This document shows positions 46,641 through 53,974 of a stretch of 53,974 nt of DNA, piece after piece. The stretch comes from a virus (taxonomy: Duplodnaviria; Caudoviricetes). The notes below the pieces were generated by a model that had not been told where the DNA came from, did not search any database, and was given only the letters and a program-made list of their open reading frames with translations. The stretch's first letter is position 1; every line of letters begins with the position of its first letter. The stretch is from positions 1 through 53,974 of the IMG/VR virus record IMGVR_UViG_3300028025_001902. One strand, 5' to 3'. The position numbers and the translations under genes are program-made.

Positions 46641-47794
46641 TATAGACCATCCTTAATCTTCTCTTTAGATAGAAGTGCAAGTTCTCTAAATGCTAGTGTT
46701 ACGTTAATCTGAGTCGGCATACCATTGGCAAATGCAGTAAATGAACCATTTGGCGTATAGTTAATATTCATCTCAGTTAGTACGCATGACGTATGACGAT
46801 GTAAATTTAAGTTTTCGCTACCACCTTGATAATAGAAAACATCAAACTCAGAAGGGTATACGTAAATAAAATTGTTGGTATCCTTAAATTCTGGATGCAT
46901 ATGATACTTAAACTGTTCAATAATGTTCAATACATTTTGTGCTTCTTCAGGACTTCTTGGATAAAATTGATAGTCAAATGCGAATGTTCTAAAATCAACA
47001 CCCTTAAATATTTGTTCTTTCTTTGGATTTGCTGCTAGACCAAGTGCTTTAGAATTTGCTGCAGCCTGTGGTCCTTTGGATAGTGCGATATTGGCAATAA
47101 TTGCTGCACCAACATCGGTAACATCTTTCGTATTACCACCCTCACTCATCGCTTTCATAATCTCACTTCCGCCAGCTGCAGCCATTGCTAATGTAGCTGT
47201 ATCATCTTCACTCCACTGCATACCATATCGAATAGACAATTGATTAGGAATATGAAGTGCAATAGCAGTCTTTAATCTTTTCTTTGCTCGTTTTGTATCT
47301 GGGGCGAGCGTTGCAGCTACTCCAACACCAACAGTTCCTACGTTGGCAAGTGCTGCACCCTTTGCAGCACCAGAAAGACCTTTTCCAAAAGCAATACTAC
47401 CACCAACCAGACCAGCGAGTGTATTTACTGCAGCGTTGGCACCGATTAGTTGATTGTTAGTTAGTTTCATCGCATTTAAATCACCAGAATCTCTTGGTGT
47501 TAAATCGTTGACAGTTTGTACACTCTTATCATCAAACAACTTAGAATCTTCAACTACGTTAATGTAAAAAATTGCATAGTTTCCACCATAACGACCATCG
47601 GGAGCCATTAAGTCAGATGGATACATATAGTTGTTGACCTCATACGTGGCATTTCTACCAAAGACATTCGGAGTGTATGGTTCTGGTGGTTGTCTTGGAA
47701 TTGATGGTTTTGCAGCAGAGGGAGCAGGAGCAGTCGGTGCTCCTTCATATGATCCGCTAATTGCATTACCGAGTTGGTCGTATTCTATCGCCAT
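46640..47794 (-). CDS. gp48: Baseplate tail-tube cap
   Basis: IALHIP, NPKKEQIFKGVDFRTF.F...FYPRS..EA, YPSEFD, CVLT...NYTPNG, L.FREL. Confidence 0.88.
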   Translation of the reverse strand: MAIEYDQLGNAISGSYEGAPTAPAPSAAKPSIPRQPPEPYTPNVFGRNATYEVNNYMYPSDLMAPDGRYGGNYAIFYINVVEDSKLFDDKSVQTVNDLTPRDSGDLNAMKLTNNQLIGANAAVNTLAGLVGGSIAFGKGLSGAAKGAALANVGTVGVGVAATLAPDTKRAKKRLKTAIALHIPNQLSIRYGMQWSEDDTATLAMAAAGGSEIMKAMSEGGNTKDVTDVGAAIIANIALSKGPQAAANSKALGLAANPKKEQIFKGVDFRTFAFDYQFYPRSPEEAQNVLNIIEQFKYHMHPEFKDTNNFIYVYPSEFDVFYYQGGSENLNLHRHTSCVLTEMNINYTPNGSFTAFANGMPTQINVTLAFRELALLSKEKIKDGL

Positions 47795-47809
47795 TTTGTA
47801 CCTTTAACC

Positions 47810-47846
47810 TAAATAAATGGTGGTTATTTATCCTATTACTTATTTA
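47810..47846. promoter_or_regulatory. Face-to-face late promoters driving the divergent gp48 and gp4 operons
   Basis: TAAATA on + at 47810-47815 and on - at 47841-47846 within a 51-nt gap. Confidence 0.65.
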
Positions 47847-48277
47847 TGTTCCATAAAAGAAGATTCGTTCCAATATTTCCTGAAAAATACACAGGTGATC
47901 CAACAAATATCATAATGAGATCCAGCTGGGAGACTCGTTTCGCTGGTTGGTGTGATAAAAATCCTAGTGTATTAAAGTGGAGTTCAGAGGAGACAGTTAT
48001 ACCCTATAAGTGTCCTACGGATAATCGTATTCATCGTTACTTCGTAGACTTTAAAATAACGGTAACTACAGGCAAGACTTATTTGGTAGAAGTTAAACCT
48101 GCAGCACAATGTCAACCACCTGTATTTCCAGGAAAACGAACTCAGAGATATTTATTGGAGTCCCTAACATTTATGAAGAATCAAGCTAAATGGTCAGCTG
48201 CAATAGAATACGCAAAAGACAGGAATTGGGAGTTTAAAATTATAACCGAGCACGAGTTAGGTTTGTCACCTAAATAG
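47846..48277 (+). CDS. gp4: Head completion nuclease
   Basis: PEKYTGDP.NI..RSSWE, WSSEE.VIPY, HRYFVDF, LVEVKP..Q, NQAKW.AA, F.IITE.EL. Confidence 0.93.
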   Translation: MFHKRRFVPIFPEKYTGDPTNIIMRSSWETRFAGWCDKNPSVLKWSSEETVIPYKCPTDNRIHRYFVDFKITVTTGKTYLVEVKPAAQCQPPVFPGKRTQRYLLESLTFMKNQAKWSAAIEYAKDRNWEFKIITEHELGLSPK

Positions 48278-48282
48278 TAATT

Positions 48283-48885
48283 ATGGCTACAAAACCAACA
48301 TTCAAAGACGTATTCGAGCGCAACAAATATGACTTAGCCACTGTGGCTAATAAGTCTAAAGGCTGGTTCGAAAAAGAAGTCACCAAACTGACTAAGCAAC
48401 AACTCACTCCAGCAAAAGTTCTGAGTGGTAATGCGGATCAATTGGTGACTAAAGTAATGCCTGGTCGTTTATATATGTATGCGTATGATCCAAAAATGAA
48501 GAAGGAATTACCTTACTACGATAGGTTTCCTTTGGTTTTTCCATTTTCTGCTACGCAAAATGGTTTTATTGGTTTGAATATGCATTATCTACCGTATCAA
48601 CTAAGAATTGTACTGCTTGACAGACTAATGACTTTTAAGAGTAACAATAGACTAGATGAAACCACCAGATTAAAATACTCTTGGCAAATTATAGATGGAG
48701 TATCAAAATTTGCTGCTGCACAACCATGTGTTAAACAATACCTAATGGGGCATGTTAGATCTCAATTTAGGCAGGTTCCTTCAGCCGACTGGGCAACTGC
48801 GATGTTACTTCCAGTTGAAAGATTTGTTGGTGCAAACAAACAAGAAATTTGGTCTGACTCGACCAAAATAATTAGAAAGGCATAA
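48283..48885 (+). CDS. gp2: DNA end protector protein
   Basis: G.LYMY.YDPK.K..LPYYDRFPL, GLNMHYLP, PCVKQYL..HVRS, A..LPVE.F. Confidence 0.92.
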   Translation: MATKPTFKDVFERNKYDLATVANKSKGWFEKEVTKLTKQQLTPAKVLSGNADQLVTKVMPGRLYMYAYDPKMKKELPYYDRFPLVFPFSATQNGFIGLNMHYLPYQLRIVLLDRLMTFKSNNRLDETTRLKYSWQIIDGVSKFAAAQPCVKQYLMGHVRSQFRQVPSADWATAMLLPVERFVGANKQEIWSDSTKIIRKA

Positions 48886-48886
48886 A

Positions 48887-49633
48887 ATGGCATTAAATTT
48901 ACCATTTGGCACTAAAGACCTCACTAGAGAAAAAAGCCCGAACGCTAAACCTATTCAAAACTTCGTTGCTCAGGTTAAAACTGGTGGTATCGCTAGAACA
49001 AACAGATATGCAGTAAACATTGCCAAAGTTCCAGGATGGAGTAATACTTCAGCACAAAATATTTTATTGTTTTGTGACCAAGCACAACTTCCAGGTGCTA
49101 ACTATTCAACTGTTCAGAATAGAGTGTTTGGCGAGTTCCGTGAAGTTCCATATGAAAAACTATATGATAGTTTGACTCTTTCTTTTTATGTAGATACAGA
49201 TATGAAAGTTAAAGAGATGTTTGACGATTGGATGAATGCTATTTCCAATCCAAACACCAGAACATATGGTTACTATAACGATTATACAACACAGATTGAT
49301 ATTGAAGTTCAAGACATCAATGATAAAAAGAGATATCAATTAACTTTATCTGAATGCTATCCTAAAAATATAGGAACAATTCAGTTAGACTATGCATCCA
49401 AAGATATCATGAAGTTGACAGTTCAAATGCAGTACAAAAATTGGACAGCGACTCCAGTAACTCAACTACCAAACGATCAAGTTATATCAACAAGTTTGAT
49501 TGATAAGTTTACACGTAATTTTACTGGATTCCAAGAGACTTTGAACAAGACTTTGGGTGGTGCAGGCAACTTTGTGACTGGTGCTGTAATGAGTTATGGT
49601 GTGACTAGATTACCAAGTCTATTGAAATTTTAA
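48887..49633 (+). CDS. gp54: Baseplate tail-tube initiator (tube-fold protein)
   Basis: GIARTNRY.V, LFCD.A.LPG, PYE..Y..L.LSFYVD, FDDWM, ECYP..I..I.L.Y. Confidence 0.75.
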   Translation: MALNLPFGTKDLTREKSPNAKPIQNFVAQVKTGGIARTNRYAVNIAKVPGWSNTSAQNILLFCDQAQLPGANYSTVQNRVFGEFREVPYEKLYDSLTLSFYVDTDMKVKEMFDDWMNAISNPNTRTYGYYNDYTTQIDIEVQDINDKKRYQLTLSECYPKNIGTIQLDYASKDIMKLTVQMQYKNWTATPVTQLPNDQVISTSLIDKFTRNFTGFQETLNKTLGGAGNFVTGAVMSYGVTRLPSLLKF

Positions 49634-49637
49634 GAAA

Positions 49638-49643
49638 TAAATA
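49638..49643 (+). promoter_or_regulatory. Late promoter TAAATA upstream of gp16
   Basis: ATAAATAC followed by an AGGA RBS and the ATG at 49660. Confidence 0.65.
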
Positions 49644-49659
49644 CAGTTAGGATTGTATA

Positions 49660-50073
49660 ATGAAGATTGATGATACATTATCTGCCGAGTTTGGTATACA
49701 ACCAATGGGCAAAACTGAAGTGATCACAAAAACTGGAGAAGTTATTAACGACTCTACAAATAACATTCAAGATGATTTCGATATCACTCGAGGTAATCTT
49801 CGTATATTATTGCAACAGGGACAAGAAGCACTACAGAAGTCACTTGATGTGGCTATGCAGTCTGAACATCCAAGAGCATTTGAGGTTGTTGGAAATCTAA
49901 TGAAACAACTGGCTGATATAAACCAACAGTTACTAGATCTACATCAACAGAAACAAAAACTAGATACACCCAAAGAAGGGTCTAGAAAAGAAGTGACGAA
50001 TAACAATGTTATCTTTACAGGTAGCACTGCTGAGTTGAATAAGTTAATTAAGAATATGTCTAAAGGAGAATAA
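49660..50073 (+). CDS. gp16: Terminase small subunit
   Basis: DFDITRGNL..L...GQEAL....VA..SEHPRAFEV...L.K..AD....L.DL and NN..FTGSTAEL.K are motifs of T4-like gp16. Confidence 0.85.
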   Translation: MKIDDTLSAEFGIQPMGKTEVITKTGEVINDSTNNIQDDFDITRGNLRILLQQGQEALQKSLDVAMQSEHPRAFEVVGNLMKQLADINQQLLDLHQQKQKLDTPKEGSRKEVTNNNVIFTGSTAELNKLIKNMSKGE

Positions 50074-50075
50074 TT

Positions 50076-50798
50076 ATGGCTTTACCGATGATGAATACGC
50101 CAACCTACACAATGGTTGTGCCTTCAAGTGGAGCGACAGTAAGATATCGTCCATTCCTTGTTAAAGAGGAAAAGGCACTTTTGATTGCACAGCAATCCGA
50201 AGATGTCGTGACAATGATTGAAACCCTAAAGGGAATTGTCAAGACTTGCGTACAAGATAAAATTGATGTTGAGAAACTAGCAACATTCGATCTAGAGTAT
50301 ATGTTTACTCAGATTCGTGGTAAATCTGTTGGTGAAACTGTTGATTTAACATTTTCCTGTGATTTAGATCATGGTGAAGAAAATGAAAAAGCCAAATCTA
50401 TAGTTCGTATTGATTTATCTACAATAACAGTAGAAAAAGCTGAAGGGCATACAAATAAAATTGAACTATTTAATGATGTCGGAGTGGTAATGAAGTATCC
50501 CACAGTTGATGTTATTAAAAAGTTAGAAGGTTTTGATACCAATGATTTAGATACAGTTTTTGATATCATGACTTTATCTATTGATTACATTTATGATGGT
50601 GAGCAGTTGTTTCACGCTAAAGAAAGCACTAAACAAGAACTATTATCATTTATTGAAAATCTAACTTCAGACCAGTTCTTAAAGATCCAACAATTCTTCG
50701 AGACAATGCCGAAGATTACTAAAAAGATTGAATATGATTGTCCAGTATGTAACAGACACCATGTTAAGATACTGGAGGGACTCCAAAGTTTTTTTTAG
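50076..50798 (+). CDS. gp26: Baseplate hub assembly protein
   Basis: MALP...P.Y....PS.G..V.YRPFLVKEEKALL, FDLEY.F..IR.KSVGE, FFETMP, C..C, LEGLQSFF. Confidence 0.92.
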   Translation: MALPMMNTPTYTMVVPSSGATVRYRPFLVKEEKALLIAQQSEDVVTMIETLKGIVKTCVQDKIDVEKLATFDLEYMFTQIRGKSVGETVDLTFSCDLDHGEENEKAKSIVRIDLSTITVEKAEGHTNKIELFNDVGVVMKYPTVDVIKKLEGFDTNDLDTVFDIMTLSIDYIYDGEQLFHAKESTKQELLSFIENLTSDQFLKIQQFFETMPKITKKIEYDCPVCNRHHVKILEGLQSFF

Positions 50799-50800
50799 TA

Positions 50801-50983
50801 TTGCTCAGTCATGAATCGCTTGAGAATTATTATAAAATGAATTTTGCGATGATGCAGTACCACAAATACTCTTTGGCTGAGCTGGAAGAGATGATACCCT
50901 TCGAAAGAGAAGTGTATGTGTTTATGTTGATTCAGTATTTAGAAGAAGAAAAGAAAAGAATCGAATCCAAAAAGAGGATGTAA
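50801..50983 (+). CDS. gp51: Baseplate hub assembly catalyst
   Basis: L.NYYK.NFAMMQYHKYSL.ELE.MIPFEREVY...L. Confidence 0.9.
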   Translation: MLSHESLENYYKMNFAMMQYHKYSLAELEEMIPFEREVYVFMLIQYLEEEKKRIESKKRM

Positions 50984-50986
50984 CAG

Positions 50987-53035
50987 ATGGCAAAAAGACA
51001 AAGTAAGAATAAACCTGCAGAGATTAACCAAACAATCACTCAATCCGTTAGCATTGGTGATACATGGGACACTGCTGCGTTTTCTAAATTACTTGCTGAA
51101 CAATCTAAGGCTAATGAAACTGCCATCAAATCATTAGAGTCATCTATGGCTTCTGCTGGTGCGAATCAGCAACAGCTACAGGAACAGATTGCTCAATCCT
51201 CGATGATGAAGGATATTCGTGATGTTCTGTTAAAAGAACTACAAGATCGTAAAATCCACGAAGAAACTGAAAAACTTTTAAAGATTCAAGAAAGAAAAGC
51301 ACAACAGCTTCAAAATCATCTAAAGAAAGAAATTGAATTAAAGCAACAGGCAGCACAAGAATCTGATAAACTCAATAAACTCCGTATTCAAGAGTCAAAG
51401 GCTATAGCAAATCTTGCTACTAGCATGGAAACATTTAAGACTATCGGTGATCGCATTTCTGATACGACCAAAAAACTGAAAGACAATTTCGGTTCAATGT
51501 CTGCTCTAAAGACCACTGCGTTAAAGGCATTTAATATTGGTGGTATCTTTAATAAGTCTATCGCCAAAGAAAAGTTTATCCAGACTCAAAGAAAACTTGG
51601 CTCTACGGATGATCGTTCCACACTTGCAGGCAAATTTGAAACTGCAAATAGAGCAGCAAAAGATATTAAGAAGAATGAGGCTGAAATCTCTCAGTTGAAA
51701 AAAGATACTGGGATGTCAGAAGCTGACTTGGCTAAACGAGGTGCTGGTAAAGATCTATTCGCTAAAAGAGCTGAACTGACTGATACGATGGCAGGTGCAG
51801 ATTTAAGAGCAGCAAGTTTAAAGTCTACTGAATCTACACCAACTCAAGACCATGCTGATTCTGGTGTTTCTGAAGAAAGAGCACTCGAAGCTGAGAAAAA
51901 TGCAAAGAAACAAGAAGAACTGTTTATTAAAATTGAACAGAATACTCGTAATGATTCTCCAGCAATAAAAGCACAAGAAGCCAGTGGTGGTAAAGATAGT
52001 GGTGGAATGCTCTCTGGTCTAATGGGTGGTGGTGGAGCTGGCAAAGCACTTGAAGGAATGAAGAAATTCGGTATTGGTCTTCTTGCCATATCAGCTGCAT
52101 TATATGTTGCTGCAAAAGCATTTAAAGAATTTGGCGAAGTTGAATGGGAATCAATCGGTAAGGGTATGGTTGCTCTTGGTGGTTTAGTGCTTGCTGCAAT
52201 CGGATTAGACCAAGTAAAAGGATCTATCATTAAAGGTGCGTTTGCTCTTGGTGTACTGGCTCTTGCTATGTACGGAATGAGTGAAGCACTTGGTGGATTT
52301 GCTGATTTAGATTGGGAGACTATTGGTAAAGGAATGCTTGCTGTGGCAGGTATTGGTATTATCGCTGCAGTGATGGGTAATGCCATTGTTCCAATTACTC
52401 TAGGTGCTGCAGCAATCGGATTACTTGGTGGTGCTCTCTGGATTGTTGGTGAAGCAATGCAGGCAGTGGGCAAAGGTTTCTCTGAGATGACCGATGGTCT
52501 GACTAAACTCGGACAACTAGATGGTTCTAATCTTATTCAAGTAGGTGCTGGTCTTGCAGCAATTGGTGCAGGTATGGCAGTCTTTGGTGCTGGAACTGCT
52601 GCAGCTGGTATCGGTAATCTAGTTGGTGGATTCTTAAATCTAGTAACTCCTGGAAAATCTCCAGTTGAACAAATTATGATGATGGGTGAGAAGGGCAATT
52701 TAATCAATCAGGCTGGTACTGGTGTGATGAATCTTGCCAAAGGGTTGAGTATGTTCTCCCAAGTTGACTCAGAGAAAGTAAAAGCAATTGCAGCATTACC
52801 TGTTGAGAAAATTGCAGCCATGGGATTGGCATTACGTCCAGCTGGTGCAGTTGAAGGTGGTTCTAGAGCAAATGCTGACGCAAGTGCTACTGCAGGTGGA
52901 GGTGGTGGTAATAAGACTAATGTGGTCAATGCTCCAGTCACTAACAATTCGAATACTACTCAGATTATTAAGTCTCCGATTCGAAACCAAGAATCGTCTC
53001 AATCAAGATATCTTTCTGTTATATACGGAACATAA
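50987..53035 (+). CDS. Probable tape-measure protein (gp29-like)
   Basis: Coiled-coil N-half, hydrophobic W.SIGKG repeats, terminal NVVNAPV.NN; follows gp26-gp51. Confidence 0.65.
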   Translation: MAKRQSKNKPAEINQTITQSVSIGDTWDTAAFSKLLAEQSKANETAIKSLESSMASAGANQQQLQEQIAQSSMMKDIRDVLLKELQDRKIHEETEKLLKIQERKAQQLQNHLKKEIELKQQAAQESDKLNKLRIQESKAIANLATSMETFKTIGDRISDTTKKLKDNFGSMSALKTTALKAFNIGGIFNKSIAKEKFIQTQRKLGSTDDRSTLAGKFETANRAAKDIKKNEAEISQLKKDTGMSEADLAKRGAGKDLFAKRAELTDTMAGADLRAASLKSTESTPTQDHADSGVSEERALEAEKNAKKQEELFIKIEQNTRNDSPAIKAQEASGGKDSGGMLSGLMGGGGAGKALEGMKKFGIGLLAISAALYVAAKAFKEFGEVEWESIGKGMVALGGLVLAAIGLDQVKGSIIKGAFALGVLALAMYGMSEALGGFADLDWETIGKGMLAVAGIGIIAAVMGNAIVPITLGAAAIGLLGGALWIVGEAMQAVGKGFSEMTDGLTKLGQLDGSNLIQVGAGLAAIGAGMAVFGAGTAAAGIGNLVGGFLNLVTPGKSPVEQIMMMGEKGNLINQAGTGVMNLAKGLSMFSQVDSEKVKAIAALPVEKIAAMGLALRPAGAVEGGSRANADASATAGGGGGNKTNVVNAPVTNNSNTTQIIKSPIRNQESSQSRYLSVIYGT

Positions 53036-53068
53036 AAAAATGGGATCGTAAAGATCCCATTCTTATTT
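53033..53068. terminator. Bidirectional terminator between converging genes
   Basis: AATGGGATC-gtaaa-GATCCCATT hairpin with an A7 tract on the left and a T-rich tract on the right. Confidence 0.85.
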
Positions 53069-53081
53069 CTACTCTAAAGAA

Positions 53082-53974
53082 TTAATCTTCTTTAGCAATC
53101 TTCTCGAAGTAAGACATCACATCATCATCGTCATCTTGAACAGATGCTTTTGGTTGAGGTGCTGGCTTAGAACTAAAAGTTGGTGCAGCTGCTACTGGAC
53201 GATCTTCATCTTCAGCGATCTGTGCAGCAGACTTGCTAGCAAAAGAATCACCAGATAAAACCTCATTGAGTTTCTTCTTCAACTCATCATAAGACTTGAA
53301 GTTCTTACGATCTGTAAACTCAGACAATTTAACCTGAGCAGAAGCGATCTTAACGATCTCATCATCAGAACCAATTGCAGCTGGCTCCATGAATGCAGAC
53401 TCATCATAGTTTGCGTAACCATCTTTCTTACGCATACGGAGTTTGAAGTTTGCACCTTCCCAGAAGTCGAATACATTGACTGGCTTCTCATCTTCAAAAG
53501 TTGGACGAGCCTTGTCCATAATCTTATCGAAAATCTTCTTACCGAATTTCCACAAGAATACTTTACCTTCATTCTCAGGATGCTTAGGATCTGATACAAT
53601 CAGAATGTTAGCAGTGAATGAAAGACGACGCTTTTGTTTACGAGCAATCTCTTTGTTTGCTTCAGAACCAGAGTTCCATAGTTGGGTATTTAATTCGCCA
53701 ACAGGGTCATTCTCACCAAGAGTTGTTAGTGAGTTCTCAATGTACCACTTACCAGTTGGTCCTTGGAAGCCATGAGAAAAGATACGAACCCATGGTAGTT
53801 CATCACCTTCTACACGTGGCAAGAAACGGATAGTGGCTGTGCCATTACCTGCTTTGTCACCTTCGAGTCGCCAAAAGCGATCATCGGTAAAAGATTTCTG
53901 TTCTGATTGGGGATTTGCGACTTTTTCGAATGCTGAAGAGATAGCACCAAAGTCTGAGTTGCGCATTTTGCGTA
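53082..53974 (-). CDS. gp32: Single-stranded DNA-binding protein (5' end probably outside window)
   Basis: DDRFW...DK.GNG.A.IRFLP, HGFQGP.G.WYIEN, P.NEGKVF...FGKKIFDKI, acidic tail; the frame stays open to the window edge. Confidence 0.96.
   Translation of the reverse strand, partial: RKMRNSDFGAISSAFEKVANPQSEQKSFTDDRFWRLEGDKAGNGTATIRFLPRVEGDELPWVRIFSHGFQGPTGKWYIENSLTTLGENDPVGELNTQLWNSGSEANKEIARKQKRRLSFTANILIVSDPKHPENEGKVFLWKFGKKIFDKIMDKARPTFEDEKPVNVFDFWEGANFKLRMRKKDGYANYDESAFMEPAAIGSDDEIVKIASAQVKLSEFTDRKNFKSYDELKKKLNEVLSGDSFASKSAAQIAEDEDRPVAAAPTFSSKPAPQPKASVQDDDDDVMSYFEKIAKED

Noticed and set aside
154-53833. Numerous short overlapping or antisense ORFs in the track (e.g. 1611..1913 +, 13434..13793 +, 51844..52473 -, 154..429 -)
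   Set aside because: They are shadows of well-supported genes (antisense of Thr/Gly/Ala-rich codons or alternate frames) with no recognisable motifs.
1-53974. Alternative genetic code, tRNA/rRNA genes, or host assignment
   Set aside because: Core genes translate full-length in the standard code and end at TAA, TAG or TGA. Intergenic gaps are almost all too short for tRNAs and none was recognised. Nothing in the window identifies the host.

Overview
AT-rich (visibly <40% GC), gene-dense segment of a T4-like myophage genome covering the virion-morphogenesis region. Minus strand, right to left: gp48, gp53, probable gp27, gp5 (GH19-type muramidase plus C-terminal M15 peptidase), PAAR gp5.4, gp25, gp6, gp7, a gp9/10-like protein, gp8, a 2097-aa DUF4815/VrlC-like protein, an ~20 kb block of about 25 fibre/adaptor/chaperone genes, gp13, gp14, gp15, gp17 and gp18 (runs off the left edge). 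Plus strand: gp4, gp2, gp54, a displaced gp16, gp26, gp51 and a tape-measure-like gene; gp32 (minus strand) converges on it at the right edge. Four free-standing homing endonuclease genes (2 GIY-YIG-like, 2 HNH), many TAAATA late-promoter motifs and several hairpins are present. The most interesting signal is the fibre block. It holds about ten candidate receptor-binding tips from five domain families, most followed by a cognate small partner (several absent from the ORF track). Its recurring N- and C-terminal motifs pair up in number and gene order, suggesting a docking code for a branched fibre tree (inference). Also notable: an endonuclease in the usual gp16 slot that starts with the same MAEIY as gp17. 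All family calls come from motif recognition by eye; no database search was run.
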